Source of the DNA: a virus
Taxonomy: Duplodnaviria; Caudoviricetes
Strand: one strand, 5' to 3'
Virus record (IMG/VR): IMGVR_UViG_3300034073_003276
DNA: 64,000 nucleotides
The notes below the pieces were generated by a model. It had not been told where the DNA came from and made no database searches. It saw only the letters and a program-made list of their open reading frames with translations. Positions 43,395 to 52,046 of this stretch are shown in pieces. Positions within the stretch are counted from its first letter, which is position 1; every line of letters starts with the position of its first letter. Position numbers and translations under genes: made by a program.

Positions 43395-44863
43395 TACAGA
43401 ATGCCTCTACGCTTCATTTCTTCTTCAACATCGACTAGTTGTTGTTTTGCTGCCAACATTTTTTTCTTATAAACTGTGCGATCTTTATAGATTTTTTCCA
43501 TTAACTCTGGAAGAAATCCACGCACATCTTTGCGATACATTGCACCATTAGCGCATACTGCATAGTCTTTATACATCTCAAAAGTAATTTCTTGATTAAG
43601 AATTCTATCCACTGTTGCAGTTGGATGTCTATCATCAGTGAGAGTCTCAGGACTAATGTTATACATCATCATAAGGTGTGGATATAGAGAATTCAAGTCA
43701 AAACTTACAACCCAATCATACTTTCCGGGAATTGGTTCTTTTACATAAGCACCAGCATACTTAGAATCTTTCTCAGACTTTTCTTTGGGAGGAATTACAA
43801 TATTTCTCTTCTTGAGATAATTGTAAATGATAGTGTCCCACATTCTAACCTGAGAAAATACATCAGCATAGTTTGCCTTAGCATCATATGCCATCGTAAT
43901 TGCCAACTCAATCAGTTTCATCTTGTCTTCCAGGCGGTCAACAAGTTCCACGTCAATAATGTTGTATTCCACAAACTTTTGCCAACCCTTAGTATAGAAG
44001 TCTTTAAAAGTATCAAACTCAGAGTGGTCTAGTTTTTTCTGTCCCAACTCTACACTTGCAATGTAATCAAGTCGATAAGATTCTTGTGCCTTGTAGGTGA
44101 ATTTCTTATAGAGATTAAGATAATCAAGTTGAGTAATACCACCCACATCATAAGAAATATGTTTACGACCAGCAATATATGTTTCCCTTTCAGTCACAAG
44201 ACCCCAAGGAGACATACGCTTCATCAACTTTTCACCAAGAATTCTATCAATTCTACGCACAAGATATGGAATATCATACAATTCACTATTCCATCCAGTC
44301 ACAACCTCTGGAGTATTTGTTTCGATCATCCACCAGTTAATGAAATCATCTAACAATTCACGCTCAGTTCTAAATCCCTTGTAGATGACATTATCCTGTT
44401 TGTTTGTAAATGGACCTTTACCCCAAGTGCGAATCTGTTTAGAAGAATAATCCTGAATAGTGATCAACAATACTTCTTCTGCTGCAGACTCTACATCAGG
44501 GAATCCATTTTCAGATGCCACCTCAATATCCAAAGTTGTAATCTTAACTTTGTTAGTATCGAATTTGATTTCTTCTTCTGGATAGTTTTCTGAAATATAT
44601 TGGTAGATATATCCAGTGTTTCCGTAGATTTTAAAGTTTTCTACACCCTCATATTTTTTAATAAATTCACGACAGTCTCTAACACATCCTGGTTGGACTG
44701 CTTCAACATATTCACCTTCTAGAGTTTGATATTTAGTTTTTTTATTAGAGGGAACAAAAAGAGTCGGGTCAAACTTCTCACGGGTCATAAAGTGTTTACC
44801 ATCTTCATAACCACGGACCAAGAAGTGGTCCCCGACCATTTGCACGTTTGTGTAGAATCTCAT
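43394..44863 (-). CDS. 43A: DNA polymerase B, N-terminal subunit with 3'-5' exonuclease (gp43A)
   Basis: ExoI LDIEV, ExoII GWNSELYD, ExoIII YNIID, motif A FDLNSLYP; stop after MLAAKQQLVDVEEEMKRRGIL. Confidence 0.95.
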   Translation of the reverse strand: MRFYTNVQMVGDHFLVRGYEDGKHFMTREKFDPTLFVPSNKKTKYQTLEGEYVEAVQPGCVRDCREFIKKYEGVENFKIYGNTGYIYQYISENYPEEEIKFDTNKVKITTLDIEVASENGFPDVESAAEEVLLITIQDYSSKQIRTWGKGPFTNKQDNVIYKGFRTERELLDDFINWWMIETNTPEVVTGWNSELYDIPYLVRRIDRILGEKLMKRMSPWGLVTERETYIAGRKHISYDVGGITQLDYLNLYKKFTYKAQESYRLDYIASVELGQKKLDHSEFDTFKDFYTKGWQKFVEYNIIDVELVDRLEDKMKLIELAITMAYDAKANYADVFSQVRMWDTIIYNYLKKRNIVIPPKEKSEKDSKYAGAYVKEPIPGKYDWVVSFDLNSLYPHLMMMYNISPETLTDDRHPTATVDRILNQEITFEMYKDYAVCANGAMYRKDVRGFLPELMEKIYKDRTVYKKKMLAAKQQLVDVEEEMKRRGIL

Positions 44864-45117
44864 CAGGCAGTCAATTCAAGATACTTTTCAACAATTTCTT
44901 CTTTAGGGTCTACAATAGTAAGTATGCTATCAGAATGAATCATCATTTCTCGTTGGTCAGTTATATCTGGCCAAGGAGTTAAATTTCCTTCAGCATCAAT
45001 CTTAAATGGATTAATCAGTTTACAGTCTGGTTCTCCAAGTTCCGATCCAATTTCAATAATCTCAGTGACGATTACATTATCAACTTTCAGTAAGAGACAT
45101 TTGATTGTTTTGTCCAT
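44863..45117 (-). CDS. Sm-like hypothetical protein
   Basis: GEPDCKLINPF, PW motif; paralog-like to the neighbour. Confidence 0.7.
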   Translation of the reverse strand: MDKTIKCLLLKVDNVIVTEIIEIGSELGEPDCKLINPFKIDAEGNLTPWPDITDQREMMIHSDSILTIVDPKEEIVEKYLELTA

Positions 45118-45409
45118 TTACCTTTTCCTCATACATTTGTTTAAGTGATTCAATTGGGTCTACCAAAGTTACAACCCAATCCATTGTTACTAGCATTTGC
45201 TTGTCTTCGGTCAATAAGATCCAAGGAGTTAAAGATACTTGAATCTTAGCATCATATTCAGATTCTTCTGATAGTAGAATGCTTCTTTCCGTTAAGACTT
45301 TATATGGATTTTCAAAGATATATCCACAAACTTTTTCTTCTGAAACTAATTCTTTAATGTCAGAAATAACAGTCTCACCAGATTTTAATAGTGCAAGTTT
45401 GATTGACAT
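45080..45409 (-). CDS. Sm-like hypothetical protein
   Basis: start at MSIKLALLKSGE; LTPWILL. Confidence 0.7.
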   Translation of the reverse strand: MSIKLALLKSGETVISDIKELVSEEKVCGYIFENPYKVLTERSILLSEESEYDAKIQVSLTPWILLTEDKQMLVTMDWVVTLVDPIESLKQMYEEKVNGQNNQMSLTES

Positions 45410-45430
45410 TTGTATTTTCTCCCTCATCCC

Positions 45431-45510
45431 ATTATAAGGCAAAAAAATGGGGAAGTCAACCTGGATTTTGCCAGAGACTTCCCGCGCCGACGATATTCTT
45501 TATTATTTAT
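45431..45510 (-). terminator. late promoter followed by a long terminator hairpin with embedded -35
   Basis: TATAAATA; GGGAAGTC-TCTGG-CAAAAT-CCAGG-TT-GACTTCCC; T6; TTGACT-17-TATAAT. Confidence 0.65.
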
Positions 45511-45947
45511 AGATAATCCTTACGAGCATGGTGCTCTGGCACTACTTTCCCAAGTACGATCCGTAGAAGTCCGTCTTCGAATACAACCTCCCTGACTTCT
45601 GTGTCGTCGGATAGAGTCCACGCTCGTTTAAAACTTCTGCTAGCCACTCCCTTGTGGATAAACGTCCTATCCGATTCGGCATCTGCTTTTTGTCCTTCGA
45701 CAAAAAGTTTTCCATACTCTGTGTATACATTTACCTCTCCTTTTTTGAATCCTGCAAGTGCTAATTCGAGATGAGATTCAACATTATTTATTTGAACTAA
45801 GTTATAAGGAGGATAGTTCGTTGTAGTTTCATGAAGATTGAATAAACGATCAAAGTATTCGTCCATTCCAATACTATTGCGAGTGATTCTTTCCATCAAA
45901 GCAGGAAGATCGGACGCAGTAAACCGTGATGTTGCAAGGTTAGTCAT
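45507..45947 (-). CDS. hsp20: small heat-shock protein Hsp20
   Basis: NYPPYNL, LALAGF, HKGVASRSFKRAWTL, FEDGLL; start moved to ATG 45947 after AAGGAG. Confidence 0.95.
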   Translation of the reverse strand: MTNLATSRFTASDLPALMERITRNSIGMDEYFDRLFNLHETTTNYPPYNLVQINNVESHLELALAGFKKGEVNVYTEYGKLFVEGQKADAESDRTFIHKGVASRSFKRAWTLSDDTEVREVVFEDGLLRIVLGKVVPEHHARKDYL

Positions 45948-46000
45948 TATTGTAGCTCCTTTAAAAGCGAGTTTGTGTTTTGTGGACCCTTTCGGCATCC
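45948..46000 (-). promoter_or_regulatory. hsp20 5' UTR, ROSE-like RNA thermometer candidate
   Basis: GGATGCC-GAAA-GGGTCC hairpin; CTCGCTT/AAGGAG stem with bulged G covering the SD. Confidence 0.55.
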
Positions 46001-46055
46001 GTATATAATTATAATACTTTTATAAAAAAAGGGGGTCGTGAGACCCGTCATTTTT

Positions 46056-47114
46056 TTATTCGGTTTCTTCCACTTTTTTCACAATAGACTTCCATTTATC
46101 TTCATCGGGATGTGCAAAATCTGTATTTACTTTTGCAGCATCAACTAAAGTAACAGGTCCAAGTGTTTGTGCTCCAGGTCCAGCAATAGAAATCTCTTCA
46201 TTATACTTGTCGATGATACGATGCAGTATCCAACGAGGAGATGCAAATGAAGTAAATCCTTTAACTAAGTTTGCTTGTGTCCAAATATATGGAATTCTTT
46301 TTTGACACCACTCACGAAACTTTCTCTGCTTACCGTTACTCAGACCCTCTTCAATAAATTCTCTAAGAAAACAAATAGCACGGAATGCAGTGCCATGAAT
46401 AAACTTGGCAGGAATGATGTCGATGATACCATTATTACCAGCATATCCATAAATGCTTTTCCAAAACTCATAACCTTCAACAAGAGACAGAGTTCCATCT
46501 TCATCTACAGTATAGTCATCTTTCACACAATAATAAAAATGAGTAAAAGACTTGATAGGAAAAGCATCTGCTTTGTCAGATCCAAATGTGTCAGGTTGTG
46601 CAACAACATTCAGAGATTTCATCACATTCTCAATATGAATTGCAAGAGGGTCATTAAAACAAACTTCAGAGCGAAGGTTGTCAATGGTAGTTAGTTTCTT
46701 GCGCCAAGTGTTAAGGCGATTAAAAACAAGTGCTTCTTTTTCTAGCACGTCCTCGTATGATGAATCTTCATCATGATCTAGGATAGCAAGAGTCAAACCA
46801 CGTTCTTCTTGACTAAGAATAAACTTAGCAACTTTATTCTGACCGTCAATAACACGCTCTCCAGAAAGTTTCTCACCAAGAGATTCTGGACGACGAGATA
46901 CAACAACAGGAACAAGCAAACTATAATCTAATTGCCCATAATGTTGCAATTTGACAGGAGAAATAAGTCTTTGATAATGCCTATCTACTTGAAGAGAAAG
47001 TGCTCGCTTCCTATCGCACTCTTCAATCTTAAGTGGACTGCCAATAGATCCTGGATTTTGGGATAATTTCAATCCCAAGACGATTTCTTCCATCGTCTTA
47101 GTTTTACTAGACAT
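46056..47114 (-). CDS. ParB/Srx-fold (DUF6551/DGQHR-like) protein
   Basis: LQVDRHYQR..PVVVSRR..VIDGQNK; start moved to 47114 (GAGG SD; promoter TTGACG-17-TATAAT upstream). Confidence 0.65.
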   Translation of the reverse strand: MSSKTKTMEEIVLGLKLSQNPGSIGSPLKIEECDRKRALSLQVDRHYQRLISPVKLQHYGQLDYSLLVPVVVSRRPESLGEKLSGERVIDGQNKVAKFILSQEERGLTLAILDHDEDSSYEDVLEKEALVFNRLNTWRKKLTTIDNLRSEVCFNDPLAIHIENVMKSLNVVAQPDTFGSDKADAFPIKSFTHFYYCVKDDYTVDEDGTLSLVEGYEFWKSIYGYAGNNGIIDIIPAKFIHGTAFRAICFLREFIEEGLSNGKQRKFREWCQKRIPYIWTQANLVKGFTSFASPRWILHRIIDKYNEEISIAGPGAQTLGPVTLVDAAKVNTDFAHPDEDKWKSIVKKVEETE

Positions 47115-47213
47115 GTTACCTCTTTTGGTAATGTTAAAATTACTGCGGACTATTTGCCCATTGCAGTAACAATAATTATACGGCAATAAAAAGGGGGCGT
47201 CAAGCCCCCAGTT

Positions 47214-47654
47214 TCATTCGGTTTCTTCTACACGTTTCTTCTTGGAACCAATATTATACTTGGTTTCCAAAATCCAATCTCCCTTATCCTTATAAGCAAG
47301 GACTTTGATTTGATTCAAAGGAGCAATGTCCTGAATCTTAGTTACATCAACAATCTCAATCAGACCCCAATCAGCAAGAAGTTGGGCGATACGATTTCGA
47401 CGTTGGACATCATTCACAGTCAGGTTTGCGTGCTTACCGTCAAGAGCAAACAATTCCTTGAAATGCACAAGGAAGTAACGTCCTTGTTTGTGAAGAATAT
47501 GGCACGATTGATAGATTTTCTTTTCCTTTCTTGAAGCCACTCCGATACGGGTCAAAGTCTCACGAACCTTCAAAAAATCATCAGGTTCATTTAGAATCAC
47601 TTCAACCATTTGGTCGGGCGTCCACTTCACTTCAGGTTCTTGAACGACACTCAT
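47214..47654 (-). CDS. regA: translational repressor RegA
   Basis: DFLKVRETLTRIGVA, CHILHKQGRYFLVHFKELFALDG. Confidence 0.97.
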   Translation of the reverse strand: MSVVQEPEVKWTPDQMVEVILNEPDDFLKVRETLTRIGVASRKEKKIYQSCHILHKQGRYFLVHFKELFALDGKHANLTVNDVQRRNRIAQLLADWGLIEIVDVTKIQDIAPLNQIKVLAYKDKGDWILETKYNIGSKKKRVEETE

Positions 47655-48031
47655 TTTGTTCCTCCAGTTTCAAATTTCGATTTAATAAAAGTAAGTTGTT
47701 CTTTAGTAAGAATCCTCAAAGCCTGTTTTGCCTTTTCATTACTATAACCATAGTATTGTTTGACATAATCAAGATCTTTGATTTTATCTTGTCGGAGCCA
47801 GGGAGAAAATCTCTTCTTTTTCCTCAGACTATTTAGCAAAAAATCATATTGCAGTTTCTTAGAAAGAAAATGATATCGATTCATTTCATTAGCATACATA
47901 ATCGAATCGATGTGTCCTGAGAAACACCGATTGATAATATAAGGAGGATATTCCTTCTCAAGTGAAGGGTCTTCGTCAATTAGATTCTGTTTCGTCTGAT
48001 TGATCGAGTTTAACCAGTCCTTCAATTCCAT
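47651..48031 (-). CDS. 62: clamp loader small subunit (gp62)
   Basis: start at MELKDWLNSI; YPPYIINR, LRKKKRFSPW, YYGYSNEKA. Confidence 0.93.
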   Translation of the reverse strand: MELKDWLNSINQTKQNLIDEDPSLEKEYPPYIINRCFSGHIDSIMYANEMNRYHFLSKKLQYDFLLNSLRKKKRFSPWLRQDKIKDLDYVKQYYGYSNEKAKQALRILTKEQLTFIKSKFETGGTK

Positions 48032-48848
48032 AATTAAACAGCAATAATTCTTTTCTTTGTTTTTGCTCTCGCATATATTCACCAACTGACCTCATCGTAT
48101 ATGTAAGGTCAAACTCGGTAGCGTTCCAATTCTTGAAACGGTCTTTTACTAATTGGTTTGAATTGTAACTAATGAGTTGGTCCATATCACAAGAATCGCA
48201 ATCAGCAGCAAACTTATCGTGATCAAATCCTTTGTGCATTGATCCTTTGTTCCCATAGAGATTATCCTTAATATCATAAGGAGGATCGAGATACATAAAA
48301 GCACCTTTGTTTCCATCCATCAGATAATCATAGGAGTAATTAGTTATACGCCATTTCTCAATTAGTTTAGAATATTCGGGCAGTTTTTCAATTCCACGAA
48401 CACTAAAGTTACTATTAGATGCTTGCTCAGAAAATGAAGATGATTCGGTCAAACCCGAAAAACTACACTTATTGACAATATAAAAAGCAACGGCACGATC
48501 AAGATTTGAGAGAAGTGGTTCTCTCATAAAAACTTTTGAGTGATAAAACAATACTCTTGCTAAGTCTGGAGTGCTATTCTTAGACTTGTAATCTAGCAAC
48601 TTATCTTTCATATCATTACCAAACATCTGGAGTTGTTGCCAGAAGTTTACCAATGGTTCGTATAAGTCATTAACCCAAATATTCAAGTTAGGATACTTTT
48701 TGGTAATGTGAATTGCTACACTTCCTCCACCCAAAAAGGGTTCACGGAATTCATCATAGTTGCGAAGGTCTGGAAAGTAAGGGTCCATCTTGACGCAAGC
48801 ACGGGACTTGCCGCCAGGGTACCTCAAAGGAGTTTTAAGAGATTTCAT
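47976..48848 (-). CDS. dam: DNA adenine methyltransferase (Dam/D12 class)
   Basis: LRYPGGKS, EPFLGGGSV, YLDPPY. Confidence 0.95.
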   Translation of the reverse strand: MKSLKTPLRYPGGKSRACVKMDPYFPDLRNYDEFREPFLGGGSVAIHITKKYPNLNIWVNDLYEPLVNFWQQLQMFGNDMKDKLLDYKSKNSTPDLARVLFYHSKVFMREPLLSNLDRAVAFYIVNKCSFSGLTESSSFSEQASNSNFSVRGIEKLPEYSKLIEKWRITNYSYDYLMDGNKGAFMYLDPPYDIKDNLYGNKGSMHKGFDHDKFAADCDSCDMDQLISYNSNQLVKDRFKNWNATEFDLTYTMRSVGEYMREQKQRKELLLFNYGIEGLVKLDQSDETESN

Positions 48849-49044
48849 AATCAGGTTTGTGATACTTCAAATACTCAAAAAATGTGAGTTTCATTTCTTT
48901 CTGCGTCATACCACAATGTTTTGCAGCAGCAGGAAGAGTCATTTTAGCACGAAAGAGACCTTCATTTGCCTCTTTCACATTTTCGGGTGTTGTTTTGACT
49001 GGATGCACTATCAGTGATGCTTTGTTGATTTTATATGGGTTCAT
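48835..49044 (-). CDS. small HTH-like hypothetical protein
   Basis: MTLPAAAKHCGMTQKEMK. Confidence 0.7.
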   Translation of the reverse strand: MNPYKINKASLIVHPVKTTPENVKEANEGLFRAKMTLPAAAKHCGMTQKEMKLTFFEYLKYHKPDYEIS

Positions 49045-49985
49045 TGAAATTCACACTCACACATAATTTCAGTTAGGCAGGCAAGCATATTGATTTCTTG
49101 GTCTGCTACGAATGCTGACTGATACTGATACTTAGCAAGCACAAGCACAGCAGCAGGAATGCTATTGTTTTCAAGGGCATTATAAAGAGCATCGTAAATA
49201 CGACGCAACAATACAGTAACATCATTATCAAGATTAGATACCACCCACTTACGGACTTCAGAAAAATTCTTTTCTTTAAGGTTTTGGATAAGGTCATTTA
49301 CAGCAACATCAGAAAAAGCAGCAAGAATACCAGAGTCGATTCTCCCACCAACAGAATATCGTTGGCACTCATTTAGAACTCTTCGGAAATCAGGGAAATG
49401 TTTTGAAACCAATTCCGCAAGGACTTTCTCATCGCACTCCACATTCTCCTTGACAAGGATTTGTTGAAGTCGTCGAAAGAAATTTCCTGCCAGTTTTGTT
49501 TTATCTTTTCCTTTGATTCCAAACTCAACGACGGCACATCGGGAGTGGAGAGGTTCGATGATTTTGTTTTTGTAGTTACAGGTGAAGATGAATCGGCAAT
49601 TTCCAGCAAATTCCTCAATAAACGCCCGTAGGAGGAGTTGAACGTCGTTTCCTGTGTTATCTGCTTCGTCAATAATGATGACTTTGTGTTTAGCATCTGA
49701 CGAAAGCGATACGGTCGAAGCAAAGTTTTTCGCATTGTTTCGGACAGTATCGAGGAATCTACCCTCGTCGGATCCATTGATGACATATACATCTACTCCA
49801 AGTTCGTTACAAAGTGCCTTAGCAACTGTGGTCTTTCCAATACCAGGAGGACCAGCAAGAAGCATATTGGGAATTTCACCCTTATTTAGAAACTCCTGGA
49901 AAGTCTGTTTCGTACTTTCAGGAAGAATACAATCTTCAATTGTCTTTGGGGCATATTTTGCTACCCACAAAAAATCATTATTCAT
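49041..49985 (-). CDS. 44: clamp loader large subunit (gp44)
   Basis: WVAKYAP, GPPGIGKTT, DEAD, LHSRC. Confidence 0.97.
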   Translation of the reverse strand: MNNDFLWVAKYAPKTIEDCILPESTKQTFQEFLNKGEIPNMLLAGPPGIGKTTVAKALCNELGVDVYVINGSDEGRFLDTVRNNAKNFASTVSLSSDAKHKVIIIDEADNTGNDVQLLLRAFIEEFAGNCRFIFTCNYKNKIIEPLHSRCAVVEFGIKGKDKTKLAGNFFRRLQQILVKENVECDEKVLAELVSKHFPDFRRVLNECQRYSVGGRIDSGILAAFSDVAVNDLIQNLKEKNFSEVRKWVVSNLDNDVTVLLRRIYDALYNALENNSIPAAVLVLAKYQYQSAFVADQEINMLACLTEIMCECEFQ

Positions 49986-49987
49986 AA

Positions 49988-50500
49988 TCAAATCCAAGAT
50001 GGTTTTCTTTGTGGCATTCGAAGGTAATTGTCTTTCACCCAGGGTTTTGAGGCAATATACCTTTTATAAGCAGTGAATGTATCAATGCTTTCATCAAATT
50101 TCCATTCTTCAGGCATTGCCCTAGCAAATGGAGACACTTCTGTAATCTTACCCTTAGGAAACAAATAGTATGCATCCACAAGAGTTTTGTAACAGGAGTG
50201 AGTTTTATTATACCGCAGGCAGTATTCATCTGACAAATTCAATCCCCATTTGATTAACCAATAGGCATTATGGATGCTTTCCATTGCCCACTTGGTGCAG
50301 GGATGATTGCGGAATGCTCCTTTCTCGGTCTTGTAGGGAGTGCCATCCTCTTTGGGGAGAGTGCCATATCCGTGCCCCCACTTCTTTGATGCCACGATAG
50401 AGAGCATCTGACAGCACTCTAGAGGCATTTTAACAATGTGTTTGTCAGGGAGACATATGGCACTCTCAGCAGGCCAAGGAGAAGTAACGAAGATATTCAT
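49988..50500 (-). CDS. pyrimidine-dimer DNA glycosylase-like protein (DenV family)
   Basis: MNIF, DKHIVKMPLECCQML, HPCTKW, AYKRY. Confidence 0.75.
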   Translation of the reverse strand: MNIFVTSPWPAESAICLPDKHIVKMPLECCQMLSIVASKKWGHGYGTLPKEDGTPYKTEKGAFRNHPCTKWAMESIHNAYWLIKWGLNLSDEYCLRYNKTHSCYKTLVDAYYLFPKGKITEVSPFARAMPEEWKFDESIDTFTAYKRYIASKPWVKDNYLRMPQRKPSWI

Positions 50501-50913
50501 CAGAAACAGAACTTTTTCAAATAATAATTTACTTCTTCAGGTTTGTCTTCTAAGTAGTATGCTTCCATCTCATAAATGGTATGCTGATTGCTACTAGACC
50601 TCACAGAATTTTTAACATCAATTAATTTATTTGGAGGAAGATTGATGTTTTTTATTCCTAAAGGTCCACCCTTACAAGATTGTGCAACATGAACTGCTTC
50701 GTGATACACAGTTTCATTAATATAAAAGGAGGATGGGCTTATCCTATTTTTAATGTTATTGGTGCAGATTACAAAATTTGGACTTCTAGCAAATCCAAAT
50801 AACTCCTTGTCTCTACATACTGCACCATTCTCAACGACATTAAAGTTTTTCATCATAACGCGATTGATTATTTCATTACCAATCGGTGTCAAATAAAGAA
50901 GAAAGTCCATCAA
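50500..50913 (-). CDS. small HExxH protein
   Basis: YHEAVHVAQ..EMEAY. Confidence 0.7.
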   Translation of the reverse strand: MMDFLLYLTPIGNEIINRVMMKNFNVVENGAVCRDKELFGFARSPNFVICTNNIKNRISPSSFYINETVYHEAVHVAQSCKGGPLGIKNINLPPNKLIDVKNSVRSSSNQHTIYEMEAYYLEDKPEEVNYYLKKFCF

Positions 50914-51575
50914 CCAAAAGTAGAATCAGGTTCGAGAGCAATATAATAGGTGAGATTGTATTTGGTATTGGTAAACTGTGACAGAAGTTTAGAAGACACC
51001 ACAACATCATAGGCACCAGGAATAATCTTGATGTTTTCTACCTTGAAGTTGAAAGTAAACTCTTGGTCAGTCTCACCAACCACAATAGCATATTCGTTAG
51101 AAGTATCATTCTTCTTATCACGCACCACCAGTTTCACAACACCCGCCTCACCAATAGCAGAAAGGTCAGGGAGTTGATATACTGCTGCTGCTTTCACCAG
51201 TTTCTCCAGAGAAGTGCTATCCAGTTGGAAACAAACATCCTGAGAAGGAAGTTGAATATCTTTATCGGGAGGAGAGATGATTACATTAGGGTCGGCAAAG
51301 AAATACTTGACACGACGCTTACCTTCTTTGATGCTCAGATAGGAATCTTCTTTGAAATCAAGGTCAGGATCACTGTGAAGACTCAAACCATTCAGAAACT
51401 GATTGAGATCATAAATGGCAAAGTCACGGGGAAACTCTTCAGTAATATCTGCTTCTGCAAGAATATTCTTGGCAACAGAAATCGTGCGGAGTTTATTACC
51501 CTGCTTCACAAGAATAGAGTTGTTGATGCCAGCAAAGTTCTTGAGAATAGTCAGGGTGTTGTCAGAAAGTTTCAT
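50910..51575 (-). CDS. 45: sliding clamp (gp45)
   Basis: MKLSDNTLTILKNFAGIN, AIYDLNQFL, YYIALE. Confidence 0.96.
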   Translation of the reverse strand: MKLSDNTLTILKNFAGINNSILVKQGNKLRTISVAKNILAEADITEEFPRDFAIYDLNQFLNGLSLHSDPDLDFKEDSYLSIKEGKRRVKYFFADPNVIISPPDKDIQLPSQDVCFQLDSTSLEKLVKAAAVYQLPDLSAIGEAGVVKLVVRDKKNDTSNEYAIVVGETDQEFTFNFKVENIKIIPGAYDVVVSSKLLSQFTNTKYNLTYYIALEPDSTFG

Positions 51576-51598
51576 AGTTTTGTCTTGGATTTTCATAA

Positions 51599-52012
51599 TC
51601 AGCGAGAGAATTCAGTTAGACCATTATCTTTGCGAGTATAATGCCCATCAAAGTGGAGCAGAAGCATAGCATAATGAATCACTTTCATCAAGTCACGCTT
51701 GTTACGCCCATCTTTGTCACCATAACGACTTCCATATTTCAGTATATTTGCTTGACAGAAACCAGCGGCAAGTTTCTTCGCTGCCATCAAATCAATAGTT
51801 TGGATGTCATTATAACCATCCTCATCTCCACAGTAGTGACCGTGATAGGTGCTGGTAACATAATCCTGAACGTCTTTCAGGATTTTATCTTCATTATATT
51901 TCCAAAGATGATTAGTAGATTCGTTCATAGTTACAGGTCGTTTTTCAATTTCAATCATATCGTTTGTGTTGACTGAAAACACATATTCAGTTCCGTAAGG
52001 GTACTCATCCAT
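51599..52012 (-). CDS. DUF3310-like hypothetical protein
   Basis: start at MDEYPYG; CQANILKYGSRYGDKDG..DLMKVIHY. Confidence 0.8.
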   Translation of the reverse strand: MDEYPYGTEYVFSVNTNDMIEIEKRPVTMNESTNHLWKYNEDKILKDVQDYVTSTYHGHYCGDEDGYNDIQTIDLMAAKKLAAGFCQANILKYGSRYGDKDGRNKRDLMKVIHYAMLLLHFDGHYTRKDNGLTEFSR

Positions 52013-52046
52013 AATAAAGTGGCATAATTTACCTATCCCAATTATA

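Noticed and set aside
43280-43460. Split intein at the gp43 break
   Set aside because: The N-half extension has no Cys/Ser/Ala-initiated intein block and is only about 10 residues; the C-half lacks a terminal His-Asn and Hint motifs (RNS alone is insufficient).
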